From positions 66,304 through 130,303 of the forward strand of contig CACBBU010000001.1 of NCBI GenBank assembly GCA_902537615.1: DNA of 64,000 nt, in the 5' to 3' direction. The position numbers and the translations under genes were made by a program. Every line of letters begins with the position of its first letter. Positions within the stretch are counted from its first letter, which is position 1. This stretch comes from an uncultured Alphaproteobacteria bacterium. Lineage in GTDB: Bacteria; Pseudomonadota; Alphaproteobacteria; Methylaequorales; Methylaequoraceae. This document shows positions 50,281-61,697 of the stretch, piece by piece. Below the pieces are notes generated by a model that did not search any database, was not told the DNA's origin, and saw only the letters and a program-made list of their open reading frames with translations.

Positions 50281-50568
50281 ATGTACTTTATAGATTTTTT
50301 TGCTTACATTATTTTTCAAATTCTTCAAATATATAAGTATGCTGTAATTGTTTACGTAATTATTAGTATGCTTATTTCATTTAATGTTATCAATTACAAT
50401 AATTCTTTGATTTCAATTATAATGGATTTTTTATATAGATTGACAGAACCATTATTAAAAATTATAAGAAGATTCTTACCAAGATTTGGAGCGTTTGATT
50501 TGTCTCCAGTCCTACTTATAATCATAATTGAGGCAACTCAGTACGTTATGACTAAATATGGGTTTTAA
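50281..50568 (+). CDS. yggT: YggT-family membrane protein
   Basis: About 95 aa, two TM segments, [24 protein letters not shown] motif typical of YggT. Confidence 0.7.
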   Translation: MYFIDFFAYIIFQILQIYKYAVIVYVIISMLISFNVINYNNSLISIIMDFLYRLTEPLLKIIRRFLPRFGAFDLSPVLLIIIIEATQYVMTKYGF

Positions 50569-50570
50569 TT

Positions 50571-51470
50571 ATGGATAATAATAAAATTATTGATGGTAAA
50601 TTTATCTCTAATCAAATTAGAGAAAAAATTAAATTTTTTGGAAATAAATTAATTGAGAAAACTGGTAAAAAACCAGGACTCGCCGTAGTACTTGTAGGAG
50701 AAAACCCAGCAAGCAGAGTTTATGTGAAAAACAAAATTGAAAAAACAAATGAGGTTGGTTTTAATTCCATTGAACATAGACTAGATGAAAATGTTTCTGA
50801 AGAAAAACTATTAGATCTTGTCAACCTTTTGAACAATGATTCAAATGTTCAAGGAATCTTAGTTCAACTTCCTCTTCCAAAGCATATTGATTCCGATAAA
50901 GTTTTAGATACTATCTTACCTGTAAAAGATGTTGACGGTTTTCATGCAGAAAATGTTGGAAAACTTTGGTCAGGTCTAAATTCACTCGTACCTTGCACGC
51001 CTTTGGGGTGCTCTATACTTCTTAAAAAGATTAGCCCCGACCTGTCTGGAAAAAAAGCAGTTATTATTGGGAGATCAAATATTGTAGGCAAACCTATGGC
51101 CTCTTTACTTCTTTCTATGAATGCTACTGTTACAATAGCACATTCTAGAACCAAAAACATTGAACAACTTGTCAAATCTGCTGATGTATTAGTGGCAGCA
51201 GTTGGTATTCCAGAAATGGTTAAAGGAGACTGGATTAAAGAAAACGCTATAGTTATTGATGTTGGTATTAATAGAATTGAGAGAGAAGGAAAAAGAGTTT
51301 TAGTTGGAGATGTTGATTACGAAGAATGTTTGAATAATGCTTCAAAAATTACTCCTGTTCCCGGAGGTGTAGGACCTATGACAATAGCATGCTTGCTCCT
51401 AAATACTCTGCTTACATCTTACTTACAGTTCAACGAGGATCCAATAGAACTAAGTTCTTTTCTTGAGTAA
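50571..51470 (+). CDS. folD: Bifunctional methylenetetrahydrofolate dehydrogenase/cyclohydrolase
   Basis: Conserved FolD blocks including [28 protein letters not shown] and [10 protein letters not shown]. Confidence 0.95.
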   Translation: MDNNKIIDGKFISNQIREKIKFFGNKLIEKTGKKPGLAVVLVGENPASRVYVKNKIEKTNEVGFNSIEHRLDENVSEEKLLDLVNLLNNDSNVQGILVQLPLPKHIDSDKVLDTILPVKDVDGFHAENVGKLWSGLNSLVPCTPLGCSILLKKISPDLSGKKAVIIGRSNIVGKPMASLLLSMNATVTIAHSRTKNIEQLVKSADVLVAAVGIPEMVKGDWIKENAIVIDVGINRIEREGKRVLVGDVDYEECLNNASKITPVPGGVGPMTIACLLLNTLLTSYLQFNEDPIELSSFLE

Positions 51471-52652
51471 CTTTAACCTCAGGGCGTTAAGTTTTATGAA
51501 ACCCTCTGCATCTTTTTGATTATAAACATCATCTCCTTCAAAAGTAGCCATTTCTGGTGAATAGATACTTGAACCAGATTTGCGACCCAATACAATTACA
51601 TTCCCTTTATATAATTTTAATTTAACAAATCCGTTTACATTACTTTGACTTTTATCAATTAATGACTGGAGCATTTCTCTTTCAGGAGAAAACCAAAAAC
51701 CGTTATAGATTAGCTCAGCATACCTTGGCATTATCTCCTCTTTTAAATGAGAGGCGCCTTTATCCAGTGTTATACTTTCTATAGCTCTATGAGCTACGTA
51801 CAGAATTGTACCACCAGGTGTTTCGTAAACACCCCTAGACTTCATTCCAATAAATCTATTTTCAACTATATCAATTCTCCCAACAGCGTTTAATCCGCCA
51901 ATTGAGTTTAACTTTGATAAAAGGGATGATGGTGACATTTTTTTTCCATTTAATGCAATTGGATCTCCTTTTTTGAACTCAATTTCTATCACAGTAGCTT
52001 TATCAGGCGCTTTTTCACAAGAAATTGTTCTAATAAACATTGATTCATCAGGAGGCTGCCAAGGGTCCTCCAAAACTTTTCCTTCATAAGATACATGGAG
52101 TAAATTTGCATCCATTGAATAAGGGGCTTCATTTTCTTTATCTTTTGGAACGGGTATTTGATTCTTAACAGCGTACTCCAATAAATCATTTCTAGATTTT
52201 AAATCCCAGTCTCTCCATGGTGCCACAACCTTTATGTTAGGATTTATAGCATAGTACCCTAATTCAAATCTTATCTGATCATTCCCTTTTCCAGTAGCTC
52301 CATGTGCCACAAAATTAGCATTGACTTGCTTAGCAATTTCTATTTGTCTTTTAGCTATTAAAGGTCTAGCTATAGAAGTTCCCAACAAATAGAATCCCTC
52401 GTAAATAGCATTAGCTCTAAACATTGGAAAAACATAACTTCTAACAAATTCTTCCTTTAGATCTTCTATAAAAATGTCCTTAACACCCAGAAGTTTAGCT
52501 TTTTTTTTGGCATCCTCTATTTCAACGCCTTGACCAATATCAGCAGTAAATGTTACTACTTCAGCGTTCATTTCATTCTGCAACCACTTAAGAATTATTG
52601 ACGTATCAAGTCCACCAGAGAAGGCAAGAACAATTTTTTTCTTTTTTTTCAT
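51450..52652 (-). CDS. argG: Argininosuccinate synthase
   Basis: N-terminal [11 protein letters not shown]-loop, [13 protein letters not shown], and [14 protein letters not shown] motifs. Confidence 0.95.
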   Translation of the reverse strand: MKKKKKIVLAFSGGLDTSIILKWLQNEMNAEVVTFTADIGQGVEIEDAKKKAKLLGVKDIFIEDLKEEFVRSYVFPMFRANAIYEGFYLLGTSIARPLIAKRQIEIAKQVNANFVAHGATGKGNDQIRFELGYYAINPNIKVVAPWRDWDLKSRNDLLEYAVKNQIPVPKDKENEAPYSMDANLLHVSYEGKVLEDPWQPPDESMFIRTISCEKAPDKATVIEIEFKKGDPIALNGKKMSPSSLLSKLNSIGGLNAVGRIDIVENRFIGMKSRGVYETPGGTILYVAHRAIESITLDKGASHLKEEIMPRYAELIYNGFWFSPEREMLQSLIDKSQSNVNGFVKLKLYKGNVIVLGRKSGSSIYSPEMATFEGDDVYNQKDAEGFIKLNALRLKLLKKRT

Positions 52653-52662
52653 TAATGTAATT

Positions 52663-53193
52663 TTAGTTTTTATTACAAGCTTCGTTAATTTCTTTATAAG
52701 CTTTACTAAAACCCATGAGTGAAAATGTATCAGTAGTTATTGTTCCTCTAGAAGAGGTTCCAACAACTTTCATTTTAATGGATTTTTTAAGAAATGTAAT
52801 TATTTTTTCATCGTCACTAGGACTAAAGCTCCATGCTCTTGAACCAGATGTAAAAAGTTGAAACTTTTTTTGATCAATTAAAATCTCTGGGTTACTATTA
52901 GTTTTATAATTATATCCAGCAACTACACTAAATTCGCTCCATTTTTTTTGTCCTGGCAAGTGGGTTATAATTGCAAAAACATCGCCACGTTTTGTATAAT
53001 TTCCTTCAGACTTTTTTGGCTTTGATACAGCCATGCATGCTAAATTTTTTCCTTCACCTTCTGCGAAAGCTGTCCAATCGTTAAATTTTGCTAATTCTTT
53101 TGTATTGCCACTGAAGCCAAAAAGCAAAGCAAATGATATCAAAAGGAAGCATGAAAATTTAGTTAGAAAAAAATTCATTATTTTTATTGACAT
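52663..53193 (-). CDS. Hypothetical periplasmic protein (IalB-like, invasion-associated locus B family?)
   Basis: Signal peptide; about 150-aa mature protein; W..F...GK.LAC....P pattern is reminiscent of IalB. This is a weak assignment. Confidence 0.35.
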   Translation of the reverse strand: MSIKIMNFFLTKFSCFLLISFALLFGFSGNTKELAKFNDWTAFAEGEGKNLACMAVSKPKKSEGNYTKRGDVFAIITHLPGQKKWSEFSVVAGYNYKTNSNPEILIDQKKFQLFTSGSRAWSFSPSDDEKIITFLKKSIKMKVVGTSSRGTITTDTFSLMGFSKAYKEINEACNKN

Positions 53194-53236
53194 AATTAAA
53201 AGTAAATTGCAAGAAACTAAGATTTAAATATCAAAC

Positions 53237-54079
53237 ATGTATCCAATTTTACAATTAATAGCTTCCTGTTTTCTATTTGCCATATTGGCAGCATTAATTA
53301 AATTTAATGCATTTTTTATTCATCCAACTGAACAAGCTTTTTTTAGGAATTTATTTGGTATCTTCTTACTGTTACCTTTTTTTTTAAGACAAAATAGAAT
53401 AGTTAATAACAAATCAAACTATAAGCTTCTTTTTTTAAGAGGCCTTTTTGGGGGGATAACTATGGTTTTTATTTTTATTGCCTATTCTTTAATTCCTTTG
53501 TCACAAGCTATGGCAATAAGTTTTAGTACCCCCCTTTTTATTTATTTTGGAAGTATTTATTTTCTGAAAGAAAATACAGATAAACAAAAAACTATATGCA
53601 TGATCATAGGTTTTATTTTAACCTTAGTAATTATTAGACCTGATTTAAATCTTCATATTGGTAGCGTTTTTGCCATTATATCATCAATAACCCATGCAAT
53701 AGCAGGATTAATTGTAAAAAAATTATCAGAAACAGAAAATGTGTTAACTTTGATGTTTAGTTTGGTTGTGATTATGACTCCCATTACTTTTTTGCCATCT
53801 TTATATGTTTGGGACACTCCATCAGATCTTTTTGTGTTTTTCTTACTAATCATGATTTCTATAACTGCAACACTTGGAAACTTTTTTTGGACTAAAGCTA
53901 TAAGTATGACAACATTAACAAACCTAATGCCCTTTGATTTTTCAAAACTAATTTTTGCAACTATTTTAGGGGTTATATTTTTTGAAGAAAAAATTGACTT
54001 AGTAACAATCATATGTGGATCCGGAATAATAATTTGTAATTCATTAATCGCAAAAAAAATTAATAATGAAAAAGAATAA
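53237..54079 (+). CDS. DMT superfamily transporter (EamA family)
   Basis: 10-TM protein with two EamA-like halves. Tandem paralog follows with a 14-nt overlap. Confidence 0.75.
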   Translation: MYPILQLIASCFLFAILAALIKFNAFFIHPTEQAFFRNLFGIFLLLPFFLRQNRIVNNKSNYKLLFLRGLFGGITMVFIFIAYSLIPLSQAMAISFSTPLFIYFGSIYFLKENTDKQKTICMIIGFILTLVIIRPDLNLHIGSVFAIISSITHAIAGLIVKKLSETENVLTLMFSLVVIMTPITFLPSLYVWDTPSDLFVFFLLIMISITATLGNFFWTKAISMTTLTNLMPFDFSKLIFATILGVIFFEEKIDLVTIICGSGIIICNSLIAKKINNEKE

Positions 54080-54917
54080 ACTCCTTTTTCAATTACTTAG
54101 TTGTTTTTTGTTTTCTTTACTTGGCCTGCAGATCAAGTTTTCTGCTATTCATAATTCTATTGAAACAATTGTATTTTACAGGTCTTTGATTGGAACAATT
54201 GTTTTGTATTGTTTTTTCGTTTTTTATAAGAAAGAATTTATTATAGCATCTAATAAAAACCTGAAATTTCATATTCTGAGATCATTTTTTGGAATCTTGG
54301 CAATGTATTTTGGTTATAAAGCTTTGATTTTAATACCCCTTTCATTGGCAAGTACAATTGGTTTTACGAAAGTTTTTTTTGCGTCTCTAATGAGTTGGCT
54401 GATTCTGAAAGAGCGGTTGGATTTAAAAAATATTTTTCTAGTTCTACTGGGTTTTTTTGGTGTTTATTTAATAACCCTTCCATCAAATGTTTCAGAAATT
54501 GAGGGAATTATTTTCTGTCTTCTTTCTTCAATTTTTGTCTCCGGAGGGATTATTACCGTTTCGTATTTAACTAAAAAAGAAACGACAATGAATATACTTA
54601 TTTTTCATTCTGTAATTTCCTCTATTTTAACTTTTTTAATTTTCTTTGATAATATCTCTTTTTATGTTCAAGAAAGTTTTTTTTCACTTTTTCTTCTAAC
54701 AATAACAGCATTAACTGCCCAATATTTTAATGTTGAATCGTATAGAGATGAAAAAGCTAGTTTGATAGTTTTAATAGGTTACACAAGAATTATTTTTTCA
54801 ACAATTCTTGGGTTTTTATTTTTAGATGAAAAGTTTGGTTTTGTAGCCTTGTTTGGTATTTTGATTATAATTATAACTTCTTTTTTTGTTCAAAAGCCTC
54901 AACAAAAAAAAGACTAA
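54066..54917 (+). CDS. DMT superfamily transporter (EamA family), tandem paralog
   Basis: Same architecture as the upstream gene. Confidence 0.75.
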   Translation: MKKNKLLFQLLSCFLFSLLGLQIKFSAIHNSIETIVFYRSLIGTIVLYCFFVFYKKEFIIASNKNLKFHILRSFFGILAMYFGYKALILIPLSLASTIGFTKVFFASLMSWLILKERLDLKNIFLVLLGFFGVYLITLPSNVSEIEGIIFCLLSSIFVSGGIITVSYLTKKETTMNILIFHSVISSILTFLIFFDNISFYVQESFFSLFLLTITALTAQYFNVESYRDEKASLIVLIGYTRIIFSTILGFLFLDEKFGFVALFGILIIIITSFFVQKPQQKKD

Positions 54918-55954
54918 GGGCAGGGAAATGGGTTTTCATTGTGAATATCATCTATTTCCTTCAGTAAATCTGAAGAAAGTTCAATTTTAACACTGTTGAT
55001 ATTTTCTTTAAGTTGCTCAATATTTGTTGCTCCTATAATATTACTAGTTAGAAATTCACGAGTATTCACAAATGCCAGTGCCATTTCCGATGGAGACAAA
55101 TTATTTTTTCTAGCTAGATCATTAAATTTTTCAGAACACATCAAACCTTTCGGCTTTGTGTATCTGGTAAACATATCACCAAATAAAGTTAACCTTGCTC
55201 CATTTGGTTTTGATCCATTGTCATACTTCCCACTTAACATACCAAAGCCTAAAGGAGAGTATGCGAGAAGTCCACATTTTTCACGAATTGAAACCTCCGC
55301 TAACCCAACCTCGTAACTTCTATTGAGCAAAGAATAAGGGTTTTGAACTGACACAACTCTGGGTAAATCAAATTGTTCTGATAATGACAAAAACTTCATT
55401 AAACCCCATGGTGTTTCATTAGAAAGTCCAATGTATCTAATTTTTCCTTCTTTTACTAACTCTGCAAGAACTTCCAATTGGGTCTTAATTTCAATAGAAT
55501 CGTCTTCTTTTTGATGATTATAAGTTAATTGACCAAAAAAATTTGCTTTTCTATCTGGCCAATGTAATTGATACAAATCTATATAATCTGTTTTCAACCT
55601 CTTTAAACTTCCTTCAAGGGCAGATTTTATTTGCTCCCTGTCTAATCTAGTCTCTTTGTTTCTAAACCATTTCATTCCAGAACGACCAGTTACTTTTGAT
55701 GCTAAAATTATTTTTTCTCTGCATTTGCGTGACTGAAACCAATTTCCAATAATAGATTCTGTAGAACCCCAAGTTTCCTTTCTAGGAGGAACGGAATATA
55801 ACTCTGCTGTATCAAAAAAGTTTACCCCTTGATCAAGAGCATAGTCCATCTGCTCAAAACCGTCATTTTCGTTGTTTTGCTCACCCCAGGTCATGGTTCC
55901 CAAACAAATTAAGCTAACGTCAATATCCGTATTTCCTAGTTTTCTATATTTCAT
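54914..55954 (-). CDS. tas: NADP(H)-dependent aldo-keto reductase, Tas-like
   Basis: 346 aa. Aligns almost block-for-block with E. coli Tas (LGTMTWGEQN, DTAELY, YIDLYQLHWPDR, IRYIGLSNE, QNPYSLLNRSYEVGLAEVS). Confidence 0.85.
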   Translation of the reverse strand: MKYRKLGNTDIDVSLICLGTMTWGEQNNENDGFEQMDYALDQGVNFFDTAELYSVPPRKETWGSTESIIGNWFQSRKCREKIILASKVTGRSGMKWFRNKETRLDREQIKSALEGSLKRLKTDYIDLYQLHWPDRKANFFGQLTYNHQKEDDSIEIKTQLEVLAELVKEGKIRYIGLSNETPWGLMKFLSLSEQFDLPRVVSVQNPYSLLNRSYEVGLAEVSIREKCGLLAYSPLGFGMLSGKYDNGSKPNGARLTLFGDMFTRYTKPKGLMCSEKFNDLARKNNLSPSEMALAFVNTREFLTSNIIGATNIEQLKENINSVKIELSSDLLKEIDDIHNENPFPCP

Positions 55955-56061
55955 TTAACTTAACAATTTCCTTGATTTTATAAAAATGTAACATACTTTA
56001 ATTATTAAATATTAATTGTATAATATATACATAAATAAACCATTTTAAATAGGAGTGTGCA

Positions 56062-56793
56062 ATGGCTTATGACTTTGAGAAAAACATTAAATCTAGAGTC
56101 CAATCAGCAGAAATAGATCTTGGCTTAAAAGCCTACATGAACAAGGTCTATTCATTCATGGCTTTTGGTTTAGCATTAACGGGTGCGTTAGCACATCTGA
56201 CTGCTAGTTTAGCTTTTGACTTCTCAACCAACACTATGACTTCTTTTGGTGCTGCTATTTATGCATCACCATTAGCTTTTATTATAATGCTTTCCCCATT
56301 AGCGTTCATAATAGCGCTAAATTTCGGAGTAGCGAAAATGAAAGAGAGCACTGTACAGATATTATTCTGGGCATTTGCAGCTGTAATGGGACTTTCTCTT
56401 TCATCAATATTCATTCAATATACTGGTGAATCTGTTGCAAGAGTCTTCTTTATAACAGCTGGTGCTTTTGGAGCTCTAAGTTTATACGGATATACTACAA
56501 AAAAAGATCTTTCTGGTTGGGGATCTTTCTTGTTCATCGGTTTAATTGGAATATTGTTGGCTTCCATTGTCAATATTTTCTTACAAAGTACTGGAATGCA
56601 ATTCGCAATTTCTGCAATTGGTGTTCTTGTTTTTGCAGGTTTAACTGCTTATGATACACAAAGAATTAAAGCAATGTATTATGATGGTTATGGTCAAGAA
56701 GGTAAGAAAGCTATTATGGGTGCTCTTACTTTATATCTAGACTTTATTAATTTGTTTATAATGCTTATCCAATTATTTGGTCAAAGAAGATAA
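56062..56793 (+). CDS. Bax-inhibitor-1/YccA family membrane protein
   Basis: 7-TM protein with a C-terminal YLDFINLFIML and MYYDGY motif typical of BI-1/YccA. Confidence 0.85.
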   Translation: MAYDFEKNIKSRVQSAEIDLGLKAYMNKVYSFMAFGLALTGALAHLTASLAFDFSTNTMTSFGAAIYASPLAFIIMLSPLAFIIALNFGVAKMKESTVQILFWAFAAVMGLSLSSIFIQYTGESVARVFFITAGAFGALSLYGYTTKKDLSGWGSFLFIGLIGILLASIVNIFLQSTGMQFAISAIGVLVFAGLTAYDTQRIKAMYYDGYGQEGKKAIMGALTLYLDFINLFIMLIQLFGQRR

Positions 56794-56799
56794 TATAAA

Positions 56800-57522
56800 A
56801 TGTTTGTAGTCGGTAGGATTAAACCCTTACCGACTCAACCTGAAAAACTCTTGAAAATTTTTACATTTCTTTTCATTGTACTTACATTTTTCTTACCATC
56901 TATAACGGTTTCTAACACAGCTGCTGAAAACCTTCATTTTAATGTTTACAGAAATGACTCATTAATTGGCTATCACAATTTAGATTTCTATGAGAAAGAT
57001 AGTCTAGTAGAATCAAGAATTGCAATAAAGTTCGAAGTTACCTTTTTAGGTTTTGTTGTTTATGAGTATCTTCATAAAAATCATGAAAAATGGATGGGTA
57101 ACTCACTAGTTTTTATGGAGGCTAGTACCGATAAAAACGGTGACTTATTAGAGTGTAAAGTTAATAAAACAGAAAATAAGTTTAAAATTTTAGGGACTAA
57201 TGGCGATTTAACGCTTGATAAAACAATCACACCCACGACATACTGGAAATTTGAACAATTAATAACTGGACAGAAAAATAAAGTTTTGAATTCTCAGGAT
57301 TGTAGTTACATAAATTTTGAAATTAAATATCTAGGAGATGAAATGATTTATGATAACTCACTTAAAGCCTCACGTTATAAATTGTTAGGCAAAGAGTTTA
57401 CTGGTGATGATGTAAATATTGACATATGGTATAAGGATAAAAAATGGGTGAAAATGATTTTTCTCAAAGATGGGAGTACAATTGAGTATTTTTTAAAGGA
57501 ATATGACTCTAAAAAAGAATAA
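56800..57522 (+). CDS. Hypothetical protein with an N-terminal TM segment
   Basis: ORF only. Confidence 0.4.
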   Translation: MFVVGRIKPLPTQPEKLLKIFTFLFIVLTFFLPSITVSNTAAENLHFNVYRNDSLIGYHNLDFYEKDSLVESRIAIKFEVTFLGFVVYEYLHKNHEKWMGNSLVFMEASTDKNGDLLECKVNKTENKFKILGTNGDLTLDKTITPTTYWKFEQLITGQKNKVLNSQDCSYINFEIKYLGDEMIYDNSLKASRYKLLGKEFTGDDVNIDIWYKDKKWVKMIFLKDGSTIEYFLKEYDSKKE

Positions 57523-58264
57523 AGTTGCATGGATTACTGGTGGGGGCACTGGAATTGGAAAAGAAATTGCCCTAATTCTTGCTAAACAAGAGTATGACGT
57601 CATTATAAGCGGAAGAAGAAAAGAGAAATTAACAGAAACAGCAAGTATAAATAAGAAAAGAATTCATCCTATTTCTTTGGATGTTAGTAACCCAAATCAG
57701 TGTCTGAAAGTTTCAGAGTCTATTTACAAAAAATTTAAAGAAATTGACTTACTTATTCTCAATGCTGCAATTTATAGTCCAGGATCAATTACAAAAATTT
57801 CCACAGCAGAGGCCAAAAAAATTGTAGATATAAATCTTTTAGGTGCAATCAATTGTCTTTCGCCTGTAGCAAAAGTAATGCAGAAAAATAAAAAAGGTCA
57901 TATTGTTTTTGTATCCTCTCCAGCTGGTTATCAGGGACTACCTGGTGGAGGTTTTTATGGTGTTACAAAATCAGCTCTAACTTTTTTAGCCGAGACTTTA
58001 AACATTGAATTTCATAAAAGTAAAATCAAAGTACAGGTTGTAAACCCTGGTTTTGTAAAAACACCGATGACAGATCAAAATCCTTTTTTTATGCCCTTTT
58101 TAATGACACCGCAGAATGCCGCAAAAAAAATTTGCGAGAAACTAGAAAGTAAAGAATTTGAGATCTATTTTCCAAAAAAACTTATTATTCCCATGAAATT
58201 ATTAAGGTTAATACCCTACAGAATTTATTTTTTTTTGATTAAAAAATTAATAAAACTTCCCTAA
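57503..58264 (+). CDS. SDR-family oxidoreductase
   Basis: ITGGGTGIGKEIA dinucleotide motif, NAAI, YGVTK catalytic motif. Confidence 0.8.
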   Translation: MTLKKNKVAWITGGGTGIGKEIALILAKQEYDVIISGRRKEKLTETASINKKRIHPISLDVSNPNQCLKVSESIYKKFKEIDLLILNAAIYSPGSITKISTAEAKKIVDINLLGAINCLSPVAKVMQKNKKGHIVFVSSPAGYQGLPGGGFYGVTKSALTFLAETLNIEFHKSKIKVQVVNPGFVKTPMTDQNPFFMPFLMTPQNAAKKICEKLESKEFEIYFPKKLIIPMKLLRLIPYRIYFFLIKKLIKLP

Positions 58265-58665
58265 TGAAACAAGCGTTGCAAAAATATCTTAGTCACTTTG
58301 AAAGACTTCAGGATAATAAAATAGATGACCTTTTATCTACAGTTTCTGATAACTTCATATTTGAAGATCCATTTCAAAAAATAAAAGGTAAAAAACAATT
58401 TAAAGCTTTGCTCAAAAAAATGTTTAAAAGGCTAAAGAAACCAAAATTCAAAATCATAATGGTTTATGAACATAAGCTTGTAAATGTTGTTAAATGGAAT
58501 TTTAGTTGTGAGTTTTTAAAAAAAACAATCTCATTCTCAGGTATGAGTGAAATTTATATCAAAGAAAAGTTAATAACAAAGCATATTGACTATTGGGACT
58601 CTGGTAGAAATTTTTATTCACATCTTCCTGTAATAGGGTCAATTTTTAGAGGAATTCATAAATAG
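58264..58665 (+). CDS. NTF2-like/SnoaL-like small protein (DUF2358-like)
   Basis: 133 aa. Position after the SDR in the conserved cfa-like cluster. Weak sequence cues only. Confidence 0.4.
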   Translation: MKQALQKYLSHFERLQDNKIDDLLSTVSDNFIFEDPFQKIKGKKQFKALLKKMFKRLKKPKFKIIMVYEHKLVNVVKWNFSCEFLKKTISFSGMSEIYIKEKLITKHIDYWDSGRNFYSHLPVIGSIFRGIHK

Positions 58666-59190
58666 TCAATTAATTTTTAAGAATGTTATAGATACTACCC
58701 CAATGTTAAGGCCCCACTTTTTTACTTCTGCTCTATTCATTAGAATATTTCTATCTTGTAAAAACATCCAATCATCGAAATCAACCAAAATTGTTCTATC
58801 ACCAACTTTCAAATTAAGCTTGTATTTCCAATTTAAAGCATTTCCTTCAGATACCCCTTTAGCTTCTCCAACAACATCTGAAGCAGTACCACTATATTGA
58901 TTATTTCCTAAAATCTTGATAGTCCAAACTCTTGAATCTTGTTCTCCATCATCATACAGAAATTTTTCATCAAGCGTGAGTGTATCAGATTCTAATGTCC
59001 CAGTAATGTCAACTTTAAATGTTCTCTTTAAATTACCAAATCTATCATGAAACATTCCCCATGCTTCTGTTTTGCCTTCAAAATAATCCTCTAATGAGAA
59101 TGTTGGCTGACTTCCTTTGAACTTTTCTATATTCATCTGACTACTACAAGAACTAATTAAAAAAATAAAAATAGTAAAAAAAAATCTCAT
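58666..59190 (-). CDS. Lipoprotein (lipocalin/DUF3833-like?)
   Basis: Signal peptide with lipobox LISSC. About 150-aa mature beta-rich protein. Position within the conserved cluster. Confidence 0.45.
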   Translation of the reverse strand: MRFFFTIFIFLISSCSSQMNIEKFKGSQPTFSLEDYFEGKTEAWGMFHDRFGNLKRTFKVDITGTLESDTLTLDEKFLYDDGEQDSRVWTIKILGNNQYSGTASDVVGEAKGVSEGNALNWKYKLNLKVGDRTILVDFDDWMFLQDRNILMNRAEVKKWGLNIGVVSITFLKIN

Positions 59191-59215
59191 CGTTATTAAA
59201 TTTATCTAAATAATA

Positions 59216-60505
59216 TTAACCATATATTTTTTTTTGAATTTTTTGAAGTTCATTTTCTTTTAATTTGAAATTTATAAGTAAATAAGCAGCTAAAAGCTTG
59301 AGAAAAATTGGTGCCAAAGCGTAAGAAGTAATTATAAAAAGTCTAACATTTGAGTTAATTTCGCCATCTGTGTCAAAATCTAAAACTCCCATTATTCCAA
59401 ATACAAAAATACTTACTACAGCAAAAGCAAATTTATTTAGAAAGGTTATAATTGAAAAAAGTACACCTGAAATATCCTCACCAAATTTATGACGATGCCA
59501 GTCAGTTATATCGGCCTGAATGGATGGTGGGATTATTAAATCAGCCCCCAAACAAAATCCAGTTATGCAGGAAATAATTATAAAAAATAAAAAATTACCA
59601 TTTTCCAAAAAAAATACCAAAAAGAAAAAGATTGCTGATAAAAACAACGAAATACTCCATACTTCTTTTTTTCCATATTTTTTACTGATAATGGTCCAAA
59701 AAGGAACACCAATTAGTGCAAACAAAAAGTAAAAAAATAGAGTTTTTTGTCTATTTGAATCATCACCACCAAGAACATAAGTAACAAAGAAAGCAAATAA
59801 TACCATTGGGAATACATTTGCTAAATTATTTACAACTAATGCAAAAAAAATTTTTGAAAAATATATATTTTTTTTTAGGTTTTTAATAACTTTATTAAAT
59901 TTTATTTTTTTTTCATTTGTTCGTCTATTTTCTGGAATCAAACTACAAAAAAAAATCAGACCTATTAAACCAAAGAATGAGGCAATAAGAACAATATTTT
60001 CCAATAACTTTTCATTACTTATACTAAAAAGCATTGGAATACCAAGAGAACAGAAAAGTCCAAGTAGAATGAAAAATTCACGAGTTGCACTAAGCTTAGT
60101 TCTTAAGAAATAATTTTTTTCCAAGTCATATCCAATTGATAAATAAGGAATTTGAAACATTGTCCAACCAAGATATAAAATAGAGAGCCAAATTAAGAGA
60201 AATATCTCTTGATCTATATCTTGTTTCAAAAAAAGTTGTGTAAGAGCCAAACCAGATAAAATTCCACCTATAAGTAAATATACCTTTCTTGGAAAAAAAT
60301 TTTTATCATTCAACCAACCTACAAGTGGGTCTGTGAATACATCAATAAGCTTTGATAAAAAAATAAGTATTCCAATTACTGCAATTTCAAAACCATGAAC
60401 TTCTGCAAAAAAAGCAGGAAGCATAATCATTACTGGAAAAGTAGGGATAGAAAATGCAAATGCTGGGAATCCATAAACTATATTTCTTAAAGAAATAGAT
60501 CTCAA
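59216..60505 (-). CDS. MFS-type transporter (GPH/sugar-cation-symporter-like)
   Basis: 12 predicted TM segments; about 429 aa. Confidence 0.65.
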   Translation of the reverse strand: MRSISLRNIVYGFPAFAFSIPTFPVMIMLPAFFAEVHGFEIAVIGILIFLSKLIDVFTDPLVGWLNDKNFFPRKVYLLIGGILSGLALTQLFLKQDIDQEIFLLIWLSILYLGWTMFQIPYLSIGYDLEKNYFLRTKLSATREFFILLGLFCSLGIPMLFSISNEKLLENIVLIASFFGLIGLIFFCSLIPENRRTNEKKIKFNKVIKNLKKNIYFSKIFFALVVNNLANVFPMVLFAFFVTYVLGGDDSNRQKTLFFYFLFALIGVPFWTIISKKYGKKEVWSISLFLSAIFFFLVFFLENGNFLFFIIISCITGFCLGADLIIPPSIQADITDWHRHKFGEDISGVLFSIITFLNKFAFAVVSIFVFGIMGVLDFDTDGEINSNVRLFIITSYALAPIFLKLLAAYLLINFKLKENELQKIQKKIYG

Positions 60506-60506
60506 T

Positions 60507-61691
60507 TTAGGCTTTCTTAATTAAAAATTGGCCAACATTGATATTACCAGATTTAAAACCTCCCTCACAATATCCTAAGTAATAGTTCCAAAGTCTTTTA
60601 AAACTTTCACTGAACCCAAGGTTTTTTATGCAGCCCCAGGAATTCTCAAATGACTCAGACCATATTCTTATTGTTTTAGCATAGTCATTTCCAAACATTT
60701 TTTTATTTTTAATATGGAGGCCTCTTGATATTAATACTTTATTCATTTCCTCTACTGAGGGAAGCATACCACCTGGAAAAATATAAGTTTGAATAAAATC
60801 TGGAAACTTTTTATATTTTTGAAAAAATTTGTCCTCAATTGTAATTGTCTGAAGCCCTATAGACCCATTAGACTTTAGATTTTTTTTTAAAACATCAAAG
60901 TATTTTGACCAGTATTTTTCTCCAACTGCCTCAAACATTTCTATAGAAACAATCTTATCATATTTACCATTTATATTTCTGTAATCTAGAAGTTTAATAT
61001 CAACCTTATCTGAAAGCTTATCTTCATATATTTTTTGCTTTGCTTTTTCATATTGTTTTTTTGAAATTGTAATTGCTGTTACATTGGCTAAGTATTTTTT
61101 TGCTAAAAAAGAAGAAAAACCTCCCCAACCACATCCTATCTCAAGTACTTTGTCATTTTCTTTTACACCCGTAATATTTGCAAGATTTTCATATTTATTA
61201 ATTTGGCCTTTATACAGGTTATCCCTAGGATCCTTAAACATAGCCGATGAATATGTCATTGATTCATCCAACCACTTTTCGTAAAACGAGTTTCCTAGAT
61301 CATAGTGAAAAGATATATTTTTTTTAGATCCAGACCTGCTATTTTTTTTGAGATGATGTTTTAGCCTTAAATACAAAATAGTAAACCATTTTCCTCTTAC
61401 GTACTTTGAGAATTCATGAAAATTTCTCGCACCCCACTCAAGAAAATCCGTGAGATTTGATGTTTCCCAATTTCCATCAACGTAACTCTCAGCCCAACCC
61501 AGGTCACCTCTTAAAAAGAAGTCATTAATACACTTTTCTTTTAAAATTTTTATATTTGCATCAGGTCCTGGAAAATCTCCCTTAAAAGAGAATATAGACT
61601 TGCTGTCCTTATAAACACTTATTGAACCATATTTACTCTGTGCTAATACATTTAAAAATAAATTAAATTTAGTTTGAGCGTTAATGAGCAT
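60507..61691 (-). CDS. cfa: Cyclopropane-fatty-acyl-phospholipid synthase family SAM-dependent methyltransferase
   Basis: VLEIGCGWGGFSSFLAKKY (motif I), IVSIEMFEAVG, and the C-terminal YLGYCEGGFKSG, all characteristic of CFA synthases. Confidence 0.85.
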   Translation of the reverse strand: MLINAQTKFNLFLNVLAQSKYGSISVYKDSKSIFSFKGDFPGPDANIKILKEKCINDFFLRGDLGWAESYVDGNWETSNLTDFLEWGARNFHEFSKYVRGKWFTILYLRLKHHLKKNSRSGSKKNISFHYDLGNSFYEKWLDESMTYSSAMFKDPRDNLYKGQINKYENLANITGVKENDKVLEIGCGWGGFSSFLAKKYLANVTAITISKKQYEKAKQKIYEDKLSDKVDIKLLDYRNINGKYDKIVSIEMFEAVGEKYWSKYFDVLKKNLKSNGSIGLQTITIEDKFFQKYKKFPDFIQTYIFPGGMLPSVEEMNKVLISRGLHIKNKKMFGNDYAKTIRIWSESFENSWGCIKNLGFSESFKRLWNYYLGYCEGGFKSGNINVGQFLIKKA

Positions 61692-61697
61692 TTATAA

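Noticed and set aside
37428-61284. Track ORFs 37428..37643, 38784..39014, 39018..39206, 39758..39973, 40292..40477, 41324..41530, 42279..42557, 42576..42848, 43125..43376, 45264..45458, 46154..46348, 48290..48478, 48503..48757, 50942..51175, 51989..52189, 53033..53227, 53653..54012, 54996..55316, 58703..58900, 59520..59732, 61084..61284
   Set aside because: They are embedded in or antisense to acnA, the ccm genes, pabBC, folD, argG, the EamA transporters, tas, the CFA synthase and others. They were rejected as non-coding shadows.
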